The translations under genes were made by a program, and so were the position numbers. From NCBI GenBank assembly GCA_039798785.1, contig JBDKFG010000028.1, positions 1 through 56,822 of the forward strand: a stretch of 56,822 bases of DNA, in the 5' to 3' direction. Numbering within the stretch: the stretch's first letter is position 1; each line of letters begins with the position of its first letter. A model generated the notes under the pieces. The model did no database searches, had not been told where the DNA came from, and was given only the letters and a program-made list of their open reading frames with translations. Of the stretch, positions 1 through 11,369 are shown in pieces. Source of the stretch: Verrucomicrobiota bacterium. GTDB lineage: Bacteria > Verrucomicrobiota > Lentisphaeria > Lentisphaerales > Lentisphaeraceae.

Positions 1-3000
1 TGACGCTGACCGTCTGGCCGTTTTCGACGCCGCTGGTGGTGCCGCTGATGGCGACCACGGCGGCGGCTTCGCTGGCGTTGATGACGTCATCGGTGGCGAT
101 GGCGCTGATGGCGATGCTAGGGGCGGCGGTGTCGATCGTCACCGGCAAGGCGCTGCTGCTGTCGGATGGGTTGTTGCCGGCGTCAGTGACCGTGGCGGTG
201 AAGGATTTGCTGCCGGCACCGAGATCGCCAGTGGTGATGTCAACATAATCATCTGTGATGTTTTGAGCCGTTAGAACGGCTGTTCCGACGGATACACCAT
301 TTTCATAGAGGGTCACGGTGTCCCCTGCCACCGGGGCTGTGGCCCCGGATCCGTTGAGGGAGACCCGAAGTGTGGGCGTGACATCCTTGGTAAGGTCGTC
401 AGTGGCGCTGCTTCCTGTGTCCGATGCGGCAATAAGATCAACGCTTGGAGCGGCAGGCGCAGTTGTATCACCACCACCACCTCCTCCTCCGACGTTGGCG
501 TTGATGGTGCTGACCGCGGCGGGAGCGGTGTTGCCGGCGTCGTCGGTGGCCCCGAAGCTGAAGGTGCGATTGCCGGCGGTGAGGGATGCGGCAAGGCTAT
601 TCTGGTACTGGATGTCGCGGGCGATCGCCTGGACTTCGGCGGCGCTGAGGTCGCTGTAATCGAACTTCTGGATGCTGAAGATGTTGGCGGCGTAGGCTAT
701 GTTGACGCGGACGCCGCCGACGCTGATGTCGCTGACGTCGACACTGCCTATGTCGCTGCCGTTGGCGCGCAGGGTTGTGCTGCCGAAGACGAGTTTTTCG
801 TTGTTGCCGTCGAGTAGGCCGCCGACGGTGATGGTGAGGGCGTTGATTTTGTCCGAGGCTTCGACCACGGTGGCCTCGTCGGCATTGTCATCGAGGCTGA
901 CGGGGGCGCCGTTGGTGCTGCTGTCGCTGTGGTCGAGGCTGGCACCATCAGAAGGGTCGAGGTCGATGACCGGCGCGGTGGTGTCGGTGACGGTGACTTC
1001 GCCGCTGCTCGCATCGACCAGGGTGTTGCCGGCGAGGTCGGTGATGGTGGCGGTGACGTTGTAGACGCCGTTGAAGCCGCCGGTGAAGGCTGGACTGAGG
1101 GCGTTTTCCGCAGGGATGACGAGCGTCCAAGTGGTCGCGGTGGGGCGGGACAGATGGCCGTCGCCGACGGTGTAGGTGACGCCGTCTATGCTGACGCTGA
1201 GGCTTTCGCCGGCGGCAAGGGTGGCGGTGCCGGTGATGCTTGGGGTGGTGTCGGAAGTGGTCTGAGAGGCGACGGTGACCGGGCCGGCGGGGGCAGTGGT
1301 GTCGATGACGATGGCTTGGGTGACGGAGACCCCCGTCGGTCCTTGCTCGAAGTCGAGAAGGATGGCATCGAGGGTGTAGTTGCCGGCGTCGAGAGTGGTG
1401 CCGGAATGGTTGTAGGTCCAGGTTCCGTCGGTGCTGGGAATGATGCGAGTGCTGAGGATGGTGCTGCCACCACTGTTTTTCAGCACGAGATCGACGAAAT
1501 TGTAGTAGATGGCGCTGCCCTTGAAGACCAGAGTCTGGTCGCTGGTGATGAAGTCAAAGGGCGTTCCGGTGTCGCTGCTGATGCTGTCGATGGTAATACT
1601 AAGAGGACCGGTCTTCTCGTGCTGGACGGTGGCGGTATCGGAGTAGGCGTTGCCGCCGTCATCGAGGTAGGTGGCGGTGACGTAGAGGGTGCCGTTGGCG
1701 AGGGAGCCGAGGTTGAGAGGGCTGAGAGCCCAGGCGTCGGCGGTGACACTAGTGCTGTCGACGATGGTGGTGGTGCCGTCGGTGATGCTGATGCTGAGGA
1801 CGCTGCCATTGGCGAGGTTGGCGCTGATGCCTTTGATGGTGACGGCGTTGTCTTCGGTGCCGTCGAGGCTGCCGTCGTCGTTGCCTTCCCAGTCGATATC
1901 CTCAAAGATGGTGATAGCTGGGGCGGCGGGATCGATGACGAGATTCTGGGTGGCGGTGGTGCTGTTGCCGAGGGCGTCGGAACCGCTGGCGGTGACGGTG
2001 TTGGTGGCACCGGACAAGCCGCCGACAGGGAAACTTCCCGAGCTGGGGATGGCGCTGCCGGTGTCGAGCGACCAGGTGCCGCCGGTCTGGACGACGATGC
2101 CGTTGTAGGTGAAGGCATCTGAGGCGTCGCCGCCGCCGGGGTTGATGGTGACGGAGATAGTGGAGCCTTGGAGCAGATCTGTGGTGCCGTAGATGAGCGG
2201 GCTGGTGTCGGCGGTGCGGGAGCTGGAAGTGATCGACAGGGCCGGGGGAGTGATGTCGACGACGAGGGTCTGCAGGTCGTTGTCGCTGTTGCCGGCGGGG
2301 TCGCTGGCGGAGGCGCGGACGGGGATACTGCCGTTGAGGCCGTTGTCGGGGAAGCTGCCGGAGAAGGGGCTGGCGGTGGCGGTGTCGAGCGACCAGGCGC
2401 CGCCGGCGCCGACGACGGTCTTGTAGACCAGTTCGTAGCTGCCGTTGTTGTCGGCATCGAGCTCGAGGGTGAGCACGGTGCCGGCGGGGATGCCGGTGAC
2501 CGTGCCGGAGATCACCGGCGTGGTGTCGGTGGTGCTGGCGGTGCTGGTGATATTGACCACGCAGGAAGTGTCGACGGTGAGTTCCGAAGTGGTGACGTCG
2601 ACCTTGTCGGTGCCGCTGCGGGAAACCGTGGCGACGACCTGGTAAGTGCCGTCGGCGAGGACGCCCGAGGTGGCGGTCCAGGAGTCGCCGGTGATGCTTG
2701 GGGTGACGGAGACGCCGTTGATGGTGACGGCCAGGGTGTCACCGCCGATGTTCGTCCAGGTGCCGCTGACGGTGGGAGTGTTGTCGTTGGTGGTGAGGCT
2801 GTCGACGGCGGGTTTGTTCTGGCCGACGGCGCTGGTGCTGACGTTGTAGGCGTTGGTGGCGACGGCGGTGAATTTGGCGTGGGTGGAGAGGCCGCTGCCG
2901 AGGCTGCCGGAGTCAGGGGTGGCGCTGCCGAGGTCGACCGACCAGGTGCCGCCGCTTTGGACGGTGGCGGTGTAGACCAGGTCGGTGCTGCCGTTGTTGT

Positions 3001-6000
3001 CGGTGTCGACATTGATGACGATGGGGGCGCCGGCGGCGAGGCTGGTGGTGCCGGTGATCAGCGGGGTGGAATCGGTGGCGAGGTTGTCGGTGTTGATGCT
3101 CAAGGTCGGGGCGGCGGCGGCGCCGGTGGTGTTGTAGGGCTGGGAGCTGGAATCGCCGACGATGCCGCGGCCGGTGGCGCTGCCGGTGGCGACGCTGTTG
3201 GCGACGCTGACGACGATGTTGCCGGAGGAGGACGAAGTGGGGGTGACGACGAGGGTGTAGGTGTTGGCGTCGACGACGGTGAAGGTGCCCTTGGTGCCGC
3301 CGGTGACGGTGATGTCTTCCACCGTGAAATAAGTGGCGTTGTTGGCGCCGCCGTTATTGACATCGTCGCTGAACTGGAAGGTGTAGGTGACGTCGCCGAC
3401 GGCGGTGCCGGGGGTGTTGTCGGTGATAGTGAGAAGGGGGGAGGGCATGTCGAGAGTCACCAGTTCGGCATCACTGAGTGTGATCGATCCATCGGGTACG
3501 GAGGCGACGACTTGGAACTGACCGTTAGCAAGAGAGTGCATTTCCGAGTTTGTGAGAGTGATGGACCAGTTGTTAGTGCCCGCCGAATACGTCGCGCCAC
3601 TGGTTGTCGTCTTGGTATAGATCGTGCTTCCATTCTGTTGGATAAGAAGTGTGACGGTGGCGGACGTAGAAGAGGTTTCGCCGGATATGGTCAGCCCGGA
3701 GGCGATTTCACTGGCGATCACGTAGTTGTCGCCAGTGATGGATTTGATATCAATGATCTTGGTAGAGTTGCCGATGCTATTCTGGGCAGTGCGCACGAAG
3801 TCCACGACCCCGGTCAGGTTTCCTGCAGTATCGGTGGTGTTGGTCGGCGCGCTGACCCGGAAGTAATATGTGGTGTTGTTGCTCAGGTTGGAGGCAGTAG
3901 GAGCGCTCCAGGATCCGTCGGCATTGACGGTAGCGGTGAAGCTTTGATCAAGGGTGGTTCTTCCCGAGTCGGAGTAGATCGAGATGGTCAAGGTGGTGTT
4001 TTGAGGCAGGTCAGTAGATCCTTCAATAACCGCTCCGGCGGAAGCCCGTATCGGAGTCTGAGTCGTATTGATGATGAATGGAGCCAGCTTGTCATGGGTG
4101 ACGCTGGTGTCGGTGGCGGAGATTGAAGTGCCGCTGATGGTGGCGACGACGGTGAGGACCCCGTTGTCGAGGCTGGAGAGGTCTTTGTCGGTGATCGACC
4201 AGTTGCCACTGGAGACCGAGACGCCGGTGTAGCTGAGCTCGTGGCCGTTGGCGTCGGTGATGGTGATGTCGACGGTGCTGGCGCCGGTGGCGGTGCCGGA
4301 GACGGTGACGAGATTGTCTTCGGTCATGTTGAGCCAGGCTGCGCCGCCGCCGCTGTTGCTGACCTGGGCGAAGGTGTCGGTGGTGGCGGTGGAGGTGATC
4401 GAGCTGATGGCGATGGTCGGGCTGGTGATGGTGAGCACTTGGACGTCGCTGACGGCGCCGGTGATGTCGGTGGCGCGGATGCCAACGGCGCCGACGAAGC
4501 CGCCGGAGGGGGCCTGGCCGGAGACCGGGGTGGCGCTGCCGGTGTCGAGGGTCCAGTTGCCGGAGCCATCGGGAGTGACCGAGTAGGTGACGGCATCGGA
4601 GAGGTTGCCGTCGTTGCCGGGGTCGAGGCGGACGATGACGGCGCCGCCGGCGTTGCCGGAAGTGCCGCTGATGGTGGGGGTGGTGTCGTTGCCGGAGGCG
4701 GTGGCGCCGCCGCCGCCGCTGGTGATGTCGACCGTGATCACCGGGGTGCTGGTGATGGTGAGTTCGGAGCTGCTGGTGTCGGTCACCGAGCCGCCGCGGG
4801 TGACGGTGGCGACGACTTCGTAGCTGGCGTCGGTGGCGAGGGTGGCGGTGACCTGGGCGGTCCAGGTGTTGCCGGTGATGGTCGGGGTGTAGGAGACGCC
4901 GTTGACGGTGACGCTCAGGGTGTCGCCGGGGATGTTGGCCCAGGTGCCGCTGACCAGCGGGGTGGTGTCGTTGGTGGAGAGGGTGTTGACGACGGGGCGG
5001 TTGAGGGCGGTGGCGGTGGCGCTGTTGCCGGCGGTGTCGGTGGCGGTGGCGGTGATCTTGCTCTGGGTGGAGAGGCCGCCCGAAGGCATGCTGCCGCTGC
5101 TGGGCGGGACGGTGGCGGTGTTCAGACTCCAAATGCCGCCAGTGACGGTGACGACGTAGCTGAGATCGGTGTCGCCGTCGTTGTCGGTATCGATGGCGAC
5201 GGTGATGGTCTGGCCGTCGGGGAGGTTGCTGGTGCCGCTGAGAGTCGGGGTGCCGCTGATGGCGGCGGCGGGCTGGGTGATGGTGACCGTCGGCGGCGTC
5301 TTGTCGTGCAGGACGCTGGTGACGTCGACGACGTTGTTATTCGTCCCGGCATTGGCGTCCGGGTCGACGGTGGCGGTGACGGTGAGGGTGCCGTCATCGA
5401 GACCGGAGAGATCCATTCCCGTCACCGTCCAGCTGCCGTCGCCGGCGACGGTGGTGCTGCCGTTGACCGCGGTCGTGCCGTCGCTGACGCTGAGGTTGAG
5501 GGTGGTGCCGGGGAGGTATTGGGATGTGCCGGAGATGTTGACCGAGTCGTCTTCGGCGTCGTTGAGGGTGCCGCCGGAGATCGGGCTGGAGATGGTGAGG
5601 ACGGGGCCGGCGGGGACGGGGTTGCTGGCGCTCATCGGCGCGGTGAAGGCGCCGAGGGAGGCGAAGGAGGCGTTCTTGTCGTAGCTGGCGCCGACGCCGT
5701 TAAGGTCGCCGTTGATCGGGCCGGGCTGGGTCTGGGTGAAGGAGACGTAGCTGACCGTGGTGTCCTTGGTGAAGCCGGCGATGCCGGTGGTGCCGCGGGG
5801 GCCGACGGTGCCGCTCTTGTCGGTGGGCGAGGGCTTGGCGAGGACGGTGGCCAGGTCGGCCATGGGGATCTTCCAGGAGACGAAGCCATCGGGCTTGCCG
5901 TCGCCGGTGAGGTCGCCGGGGCTGCCGCCGACGATGCCCGAGGGGCCCCAGTGCGGGTCGGTGAGGGCGGAGACGGCGCTGACGTTGTAGATGGCGGTGT

Positions 6001-7249
6001 TGGAGAAGGGGTAGACGCCGTTGTTGGGAAGCCAGCCGGTGGGAAGCGGACTGGTGGTGGTGGTGCTGGGCGAGTTGTTCAGGCCGGTGCCAGGATCGAG
6101 GAGCTTGACCGCCTGGGCGTTGTTGCGGCCGTCGACCGACATGAAGATGTCGATCTTGCCGTCGCTGTTGGCGTCCATGCCGACCACGGCGACGCCGCCG
6201 AAGTAGCTGCTGCTAGTGGGGTTGTCGATGCGCAGGCGGAAGGCGAGGTAGTCGTCGCTGGTGGCGGCGGTGCCGCGGTCGTCGTAGGCGACGTAGAAGG
6301 AGCCGTGGGCGGAGTCGCCGATGATGTCGGTGTCGGCGGCGCCGGCCTGCGAGTCGCCGTCGGGGTCCTTGCCGGAGCCGTACATCACCGCGGTCCAGCC
6401 GTCCTTGGAGCTGAGGTCGACGGTCTGGAGCAGGAAGCCATAGGACTCGAGCAGCTCGGGCGCGGCCCAGGTGCTGTCGATCCGGCCGCTCTGCTGTTCG
6501 AGGGCCCAGTCGCCGCCGAGGGAGCTGGCGCCGGTGGGGTCGTCGGAGGCGGCGACGTCGGCGCCGGTGAAGGCGGCGAAGGTGGCGACGAAGGAGGCGC
6601 TGTTCTTGGCGCTGTCGCAGCCGTAGAGGAGGATGTCGCGATCGCCGCCGAGGCCGGCACCGATGCGGGCGAGGGCTTCGCGAGACTGGTTCAAGGCGGC
6701 GCTGTCGATCAAGCGATTGCCAAGCTGGATGGCGCCCTCCTGGCCGTGGGTGATGAAGTGGACGGCGGAGGCGCCGCCGTTCTCTTCGAGCTCGGCGGCG
6801 ACGGCGGCGAGGCCGTCCTGATCGGGATTGACGATGAGGAGGCGCTGCTCGCCGCCAATGGCTTGGGCGATCAATTGCCAGTCGTGGACTCGGGTATCCA
6901 CCACAATGAGAGAACTCTTCGGCTCAGCTTCGAGGCTGCTCAGGGCCTCGCGAAAATCGGCGAGGCCGCTGACGTCGACGGCATCATCGGTGGCGAAGGC
7001 GCTGACCGCGGCGTATCCCTGGTGCTCGCCGAGGTATTTCGAGATTTCCTTGACCCGGTCGCTTCCGTTCTTGAGGACGAGCAGGTCCTGGTGCGCCAGC
7101 AGAGAAGCCACTGCGGCCGGGGCTTCCTTCTCGGTCGCCACCACCAGCTCGCGGGAGCCTGGGGCGTCGGGATGGTCGATGCTGTTCAAAGCCTGGGCGA
7201 GATCGGCGCTGAGCGCCGCATCAAAGAGCTGGATCTTCTCGAGACGCAT
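1..7249 (-). CDS. Giant surface adhesin (>2400 aa, runs off left edge): degenerate LEPR-XLL N-terminus, DUF4347 domain, many bacterial Ig-like repeats
   Basis: ATG at 7249 preceded by GAGGA. Begins MRLEKIQLFDAA. Has DUF4347-type motifs HFITHGQEG, DILLYGC and TGADVAASDDPTG..LGGDW, then Thr/Gly/Asp-rich repeats (DTTP.ISG, ATATDTAGN). Frame spot-checked in register at about 3650, 2120, 290 and position 1. Absent from the ORF track because no stop lies in the window. Confidence 0.88.
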   Translation of the reverse strand, partial: MRLEKIQLFDAALSADLAQALNSIDHPDAPGSRELVVATEKEAPAAVASLLAHQDLLVLKNGSDRVKEISKYLGEHQGYAAVSAFATDDAVDVSGLADFREALSSLEAEPKSSLIVVDTRVHDWQLIAQAIGGEQRLLIVNPDQDGLAAVAAELEENGGASAVHFITHGQEGAIQLGNRLIDSAALNQSREALARIGAGLGGDRDILLYGCDSAKNSASFVATFAAFTGADVAASDDPTGASSLGGDWALEQQSGRIDSTWAAPELLESYGFLLQTVDLSSKDGWTAVMYGSGKDPDGDSQAGAADTDIIGDSAHGSFYVAYDDRGTAATSDDYLAFRLRIDNPTSSSYFGGVAVVGMDANSDGKIDIFMSVDGRNNAQAVKLLDPGTGLNNSPSTTTTSPLPTGWLPNNGVYPFSNTAIYNVSAVSALTDPHWGPSGIVGGSPGDLTGDGKPDGFVSWKIPMADLATVLAKPSPTDKSGTVGPRGTTGIAGFTKDTTVSYVSFTQTQPGPINGDLNGVGASYDKNASFASLGAFTAPMSASNPVPAGPVLTISSPISGGTLNDAEDDSVNISGTSQYLPGTTLNLSVSDGTTAVNGSTTVAGDGSWTVTGMDLSGLDDGTLTVTATVDPDANAGTNNNVVDVTSVLHDKTPPTVTITQPAAAISGTPTLSGTSNLPDGQTITVAIDTDNDGDTDLSYVVTVTGGIWSLNTATVPPSSGSMPSGGLSTQSKITATATDTAGNSATATALNRPVVNTLSTNDTTPLVSGTWANIPGDTLSVTVNGVSYTPTITGNTWTAQVTATLATDASYEVVATVTRGGSVTDTSSSELTITSTPVITVDITSGGGGATASGNDTTPTISGTSGNAGGAVIVRLDPGNDGNLSDAVTYSVTPDGSGNWTLDTGSATPVSGQAPSGGFVGAVGIRATDITGAVSDVQVLTITSPTIAISSITSTATTDTFAQVSNSGGGAAWLNMTEDNLVTVSGTATGASTVDITITDANGHELSYTGVSVSSGNWSITDKDLSSLDNGVLTVVATISGTSISATDTSVTHDKLAPFIINTTQTPIRASAGAVIEGSTDLPQNTTLTISIYSDSGRTTLDQSFTATVNADGSWSAPTASNLSNNTTYYFRVSAPTNTTDTAGNLTGVVDFVRTAQNSIGNSTKIIDIKSITGDNYVIASEIASGLTISGETSSTSATVTLLIQQNGSTIYTKTTTSGATYSAGTNNWSITLTNSEMHSLANGQFQVVASVPDGSITLSDAELVTLDMPSPLLTITDNTPGTAVGDVTYTFQFSDDVNNGGANNATYFTVEDITVTGGTKGTFTVVDANTYTLVVTPTSSSSGNIVVSVANSVATGSATGRGIVGDSSSQPYNTTGAAAAPTLSINTDNLATDSTPLITGTTSLAAGAPIVINVDTDNNGSTDLVYTATVQSGGTWSVDLGSATPDSGSLGSGLSTHAKFTAVATNAYNVSTSAVGQNKPAVDSLTTNDNTPTVSGTWTNIGGDTLAVTINGVSVTPSITGDSWTATSGVLADGTYQVVATVSRSGTDKVDVTTSELTVDTSCVVNITSTASTTDTTPVISGTVTGIPAGTVLTLELDADNNGSYELVYKTVVGAGGAWSLDTATASPFSGSFPDNGLNGSIPVRASASDPAGNSDNDLQTLVVDITPPALSITSSSRTADTSPLIYGTTDLLQGSTISVTINPGGGDASDAFTYNGIVVQTGGTWSLDTGSAIPSSGSFPVGGLSGATNTVTASGSDALGNSTTATQNLVIDPAAPAITIFEDIDWEGNDDGSLDGTEDNAVTIKGISANLANGSVLSISITDGTTTIVDSTSVTADAWALSPLNLGSLANGTLYVTATYLDDGGNAYSDTATVQHEKTGPLSITIDSISSDTGTPFDFITSDQTLVFKGSAIYYNFVDLVLKNSGGSTILSTRIIPSTDGTWTYNHSGTTLDAGNYTLDAILLDFEQGPTGVSVTQAIVIDTTAPAGPVTVASQTTSDTTPSITGTATLAAGESLSVSIDGVTYTVGDGHLSRPTATTWTLVIPAENALSPAFTGGFNGVYNVTATITDLAGNTLVDASSGEVTVTDTTAPVIDLDPSDGASLDHSDSSTNGAPVSLDDNADEATVVEASDKINALTITVGGLLDGNNEKLVFGSTTLRANGSDIGSVDVSDISVGGVRVNIAYAANIFSIQKFDYSDLSAAEVQAIARDIQYQNSLAASLTAGNRTFSFGATDDAGNTAPAAVSTINANVGGGGGGGDTTAPAAPSVDLIAASDTGSSATDDLTKDVTPTLRVSLNGSGATAPVAGDTVTLYENGVSVGTAVLTAQNITDDYVDITTGDLGAGSKSFTATVTDAGNNPSDSSSALPVTIDTAAPSIAISAIATDDVINASEAAAVVAISGTTSGVENGQTVSV

Positions 7250-7430
7250 GGCGAGTCCTCATCGGTTGCAGACGCTGACAGCAGTCCTCAAGGCTATTCT
7301 AAGACGATTTCGCAGCCGAAGCAAGTTTTTTTCCGCTCTGCGAAGGGCCGCAGCAAGACGTTCCGGAACAAAAGTGGCGGCGCTAAGCCTGAGCTCCGCG
7401 CCGCTGTGCTCATGTGGACTAGAGATGCTA

Positions 7431-8624
7431 CTACAGCGTCGCGACGCTGAAATGGAAGCACGAACCCCTGCCTGCTTGAGATTTGATCTCGAGTCTGCTT
7501 CCATGTGCGGCAGCGAAGCGCTGGCAGAGGCCGACGCCGAGGCCTGAGCCGGTCTCGCCGGCTGTTCCGCGGCAGCTCTTGTGGGTGCCGTCCGAGTTCA
7601 GCTCAGCGATTTTCTCGGGAGTCAAGCCGACGCCTTGGTCGCTGACGCTGATTCGCATCCGCGATGATTCAGGATCGGCTTTAACGACTACGGTGGAGGC
7701 CGTGGGGCTGAACTTGATGGCATTGACGACGAGGTTGTGGACGAGCGACCGGAGCATGGCGGGGTCGGCGAAGACGAAGCAATCGGGGGGGGTCTCGAGA
7801 CGGAGGCGTATCTGCTTGTTTTTCGCCACCATCTCGAGCAGGGAGAGGACGCTGCCGGCGAGCTCGCGGAAATCGACGCGGCAGGGAGTGTAGGCGATGC
7901 GGTCGGTGTCGAAGCGGGCCCAGTCGAGGAGATTGTCGACCAGCTCGCGGGTCTGAGTGGCGCAGCGCAGCAGGTCGCCGGCGTATTCGCCCACCGTTTC
8001 CGGCGGCAGTTCCGGGGCTTCGGCCTGGAGCAGCTCGGCCAGGCCTTCGAGAGCTGCGAGCGGGCTTCTCAGATCATGGGCGACGTGAGCAAAAAATTCG
8101 TTCTTTTGGTCATTGATGCGCCGGAGCCGGTTCTGCTCGAGCCGAAGCTCAAGCAGCTTGACCACTTGGCGAGACAGCGCTTCGAGAGCCAGGTTCTGGG
8201 CCTCGCTGAGCTGCCTTGGCTGGCTGTCGATGACGCAAAGAGTGCCGAGGGGCAGGCCGTCGGGGGTGATCAGGGATGCGCCGGCGTAGAAGCGTATCTT
8301 GGGCCCACCTGTGACCAGGGGGTTGTCGAAGAATCTTTCATCCTGAGTCGCATCCGGAACGGTCATCACGCCGTTCTGGTGGATGGCATGGCCGCAGAAA
8401 GAGACATCGCGGCTGGTTTCGCTGGCGCCAAGGCCAACTTTGGCTTTGAACCATTGACGTTCATGGTCGACCAGGCTGATCACCGAGATCGGTACATCGC
8501 AGATCTGCGAAGCCAGATGGACGATGTCGTCAAAAGATTGTTCGCACACGGTGTCGAGGATTTCGTAGGAGATCAGTTTCTCCATCCGCTGACTCTCGCA
8601 GGGCAACTTGGTCGGAGTGATCAT
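7431..8624 (-). CDS. GAF-domain sensor histidine kinase
   Basis: GAF motifs (RQWFKAKVG, SFCGHAI, IRFYAGASL, GTLCVID), H-box (AHDLRSPL), N-box (NLVVNAIKF), G-boxes (DQGVG, GSGLG). Confidence 0.92.
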   Translation of the reverse strand: MITPTKLPCESQRMEKLISYEILDTVCEQSFDDIVHLASQICDVPISVISLVDHERQWFKAKVGLGASETSRDVSFCGHAIHQNGVMTVPDATQDERFFDNPLVTGGPKIRFYAGASLITPDGLPLGTLCVIDSQPRQLSEAQNLALEALSRQVVKLLELRLEQNRLRRINDQKNEFFAHVAHDLRSPLAALEGLAELLQAEAPELPPETVGEYAGDLLRCATQTRELVDNLLDWARFDTDRIAYTPCRVDFRELAGSVLSLLEMVAKNKQIRLRLETPPDCFVFADPAMLRSLVHNLVVNAIKFSPTASTVVVKADPESSRMRISVSDQGVGLTPEKIAELNSDGTHKSCRGTAGETGSGLGVGLCQRFAAAHGSRLEIKSQAGRGSCFHFSVATL

Positions 8625-8911
8625 CGTGTTGATCCTCAAAGGTGGTTCAGAGAAGGAATTCAGCCAGCCACACACCCAATATTAGTTCTAGAGGTTGGCT
8701 TCCGCAAGAGCTCGCAATCCAGATGCCTGGGAGATCACCAGTGGTTGCTGTAAGGTCAGGACCTGAAAATCGGCCTGAATTATCGCAGTGGGAGTCGCCG
8801 TCCCCATATTTTTTTTGCAAAGCCAGGTCTCCAGGCGGGAACTCCTTGCCCCAGGAAGTGCCAGATAGCAAAATTAGAATTTTTCCGAAAGAAGCCCCAA
8901 GGAGATTGCCG

Positions 8912-11248
8912 ATGCACTTTCGCCTGCCCTTCACGCCCCTGCTCTTCGCAGGCCTGTTCAGCACCCTCGCCGCGATCTCCGCCGAGGAATCGGACAAGCT
9001 CTGGTTCGAAGGCCCCGCCGCGATCAACAAGAAAACCGGCAAGGCGAATTTCCTGGAAGCCTGCCCCGTCGGCAACGGCCGCCTCGGCGCCATGGATTGC
9101 GGCGGCGTCGACAACGAGCGCATCATCCTCAACGAATCGACGGTGTGGTCGGGCGGCCCCTACGACGCCAACAAGCCCGAGGCCTTCAAGAGCCTGCCGG
9201 AGATCCGCGCCAAGCTCTTCGCCGGCGACATCCTCGGCGCCAAGAAGGTCCTGGCCGAAAACTTCGGCTGGCGCGCCATCAACGGCAAGCGCTGGGCCGC
9301 CGACCAGTTCGGCTGCTACCAGACCCTCGGCGATCTCGAGCTGCGCTTCGACGCCGCTGGCGACGCCAAGCCGGAAGGCTACCGTCGCGAGCTCGACCTG
9401 CGCCGCGGCATCGTCAGCACCAGCTACACCCTCGCCGGCGTCAACTACCGCCGCGAGCTCCTCGCCTCCAAGCCCGACGAAGTCATCGCCCTGCACCTGA
9501 CGGCCGACAAGCCCGGAGCTCTCCATTTCACCGCCGCCCTCAGCCGCCGCGAACGCGTGCAGCCCAGCCTCGACGGCCAGATCTTCGTCATCACCGGCCA
9601 GCTCGCCTGCGACCTCCCCGGCGTCGAAGGCCTGCACTACCGCGGCGAGCTCGCCGTCAAGATCAAGGGTGGCAAGCTCGAAGCGACCGACAAGGGCCTC
9701 GTGGTCAGCGGCGCCGACGAGGCGACCCTGATCGTCTCCGGCGGCACCGACATGGACTCCAAGGACTTCGCCGTCCTGCTGCGCCAGCGCCTGCAGGCGG
9801 CCATGGGCAAGGACTTCGCCGCCATCCGCGACGCCGCCGTCGCCGATCACACCTCCTTCATGGACCGCTGTCGACTTGAACTGCCCCTCGGCTCCGCCTC
9901 CAAGCTCTCCACCCCCGAACGTGTGCGCCGGGCTCAGAAGGAGGCCGATCCCGCCCTCGAGGCTCTCTACTTCCACTTTGGCCGCCACCTCCTCGTCTCC
10001 GGCTCGCGCCCCGATTCCCGCCTGCCCAACAACCTGCAGGGCATCTGGGCCGAGGAGACCGACACTCCCTGGCGCGGCGACTTCCACTCCAACATCAACG
10101 TGCAGATGAACTACTGGCCGGCGGAATCGACCGGCCTCGGCGACTGCCACCTGCCCCTCATCCGGCTCATCGAGCTGACCTCGAAGAGCGGTGCGGTGAC
10201 CGCGAAATCCTACTACGACGCCCCCGGCTGGCTCTGCTACCACACCCAGAACCCCTGGGGCTACTCGGCTCCCTCCAACCTCGACGCCGGCTCCGGCTCC
10301 ACCTGCGGCGCCTGGCTGGCCCAGCACATCTGGACCCACTACGACTACAGCCGCGACCTCGTCTTCCTGCGCCAGTACTATCCGGTGCTCAAAGGCTCGG
10401 CCCAGTTCCACGCCGCCACCCTGGTCGAAGACCCCAGGTCCAAGACCCTGGTCACCGCCCCCTCCAACTCGCCCGAGAACGCCTACCTCATCCCCGGCGG
10501 CAAGGGCCGCAGCTCTCTCTGCGTCGGCGCCACCTACGACCTCCAGATCATCCGCGACCTCTTCATCAACACCGCCGCCGCCGCCCGCCTCCTCGGCGTC
10601 GACGCCGATTTCGCCGCCGAGCTCGACGCCAAGCGCGCCCGCCTCGCCCCCACCAAGCTCAACGCCGCGGGCCGCATCATGGAATGGCAGGAGGACTTCG
10701 AGGAGACCGAGATCCACCACCGCCACAGCTCCCACCTCTGGGGCCTCTTCCCCGGCACCGAGATCAATCCCACCACCCCCGAACTCATTGCCGGCGCCCG
10801 CAAGTCCCTCGAACGCCGCGGCGACGCCTCCACCGGCTGGTCGATGGCCTGGAAGGCCAACTTCTGGGCCCGCCTCGGCGACGGCGACCATGCGCTGAAA
10901 TTGGTCGACATGATCATCGGCCGCGGCGCCCCCAACCTCTTCTGCCTGCACCCGCCCTTCCAGATCGACGGCAACTTCGGCGGCACCGCCGCCATCGCCG
11001 AGATGCTGCTGCAATCCCACGACGGCAGCCTCTCCCTGCTCCCCGCCCTCCCCTCCTCCTGGACCAGCGGCAAGGTCAGCGGACTGCGCGCCCGCGGCGG
11101 CTACAGCGTCGACCTCTCCTGGTCCGGCGGCAAGCTCGCCGAAACCCGCATCCGCGGTCCCGCCGGCAGAATCAAGGTGCGTCAGGCCGGCAAGCTCGAG
11201 GAAGTCGAAGTCCCCGCTTCCGGAGAACTGATTCTGAGATCAAGATGA
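8912..11248 (+). CDS. GH95 family glycoside hydrolase (alpha-L-fucosidase/alpha-L-galactosidase), secreted
   Basis: AAGGAG RBS and signal peptide. Motifs [48 protein letters not shown]. Confidence 0.93.
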   Translation: MHFRLPFTPLLFAGLFSTLAAISAEESDKLWFEGPAAINKKTGKANFLEACPVGNGRLGAMDCGGVDNERIILNESTVWSGGPYDANKPEAFKSLPEIRAKLFAGDILGAKKVLAENFGWRAINGKRWAADQFGCYQTLGDLELRFDAAGDAKPEGYRRELDLRRGIVSTSYTLAGVNYRRELLASKPDEVIALHLTADKPGALHFTAALSRRERVQPSLDGQIFVITGQLACDLPGVEGLHYRGELAVKIKGGKLEATDKGLVVSGADEATLIVSGGTDMDSKDFAVLLRQRLQAAMGKDFAAIRDAAVADHTSFMDRCRLELPLGSASKLSTPERVRRAQKEADPALEALYFHFGRHLLVSGSRPDSRLPNNLQGIWAEETDTPWRGDFHSNINVQMNYWPAESTGLGDCHLPLIRLIELTSKSGAVTAKSYYDAPGWLCYHTQNPWGYSAPSNLDAGSGSTCGAWLAQHIWTHYDYSRDLVFLRQYYPVLKGSAQFHAATLVEDPRSKTLVTAPSNSPENAYLIPGGKGRSSLCVGATYDLQIIRDLFINTAAAARLLGVDADFAAELDAKRARLAPTKLNAAGRIMEWQEDFEETEIHHRHSSHLWGLFPGTEINPTTPELIAGARKSLERRGDASTGWSMAWKANFWARLGDGDHALKLVDMIIGRGAPNLFCLHPPFQIDGNFGGTAAIAEMLLQSHDGSLSLLPALPSSWTSGKVSGLRARGGYSVDLSWSGGKLAETRIRGPAGRIKVRQAGKLEEVEVPASGELILRSR

Positions 11249-11276
11249 GACAGGGTCGATCCGAAGTTGTGAGAAA

Positions 11277-11342
11277 TCAGTAAGATCCTGCATCTATTTC
11301 AGTAAGATCGGCAATTTTCAATTAAATGTTCTTCGATAGCTT
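11277..11342 (+). promoter_or_regulatory. Direct-repeat operator (TCAGTAAGATC x2, 22-bp period) abutting a candidate sigma70 promoter of the sugar operon
   Basis: Repeats at 11277-11287 and 11299-11309. TTTTCA (11315-20), 16 bp, TAGCTT (11337-42). The same element recurs at 55941-56007. Confidence 0.65.
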
Positions 11343-11369
11343 GGATGATATCAGACAAGTTTTTGGAGA

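Noticed and set aside
929..7450. Long plus-strand ORFs (397, 652, 1069 aa)
   Set aside because: Antisense shadows of the minus-strand adhesin, typical of high-GC DNA. The same applies to shadows such as 8780..11020, 25846..28467 and 47904..51065.
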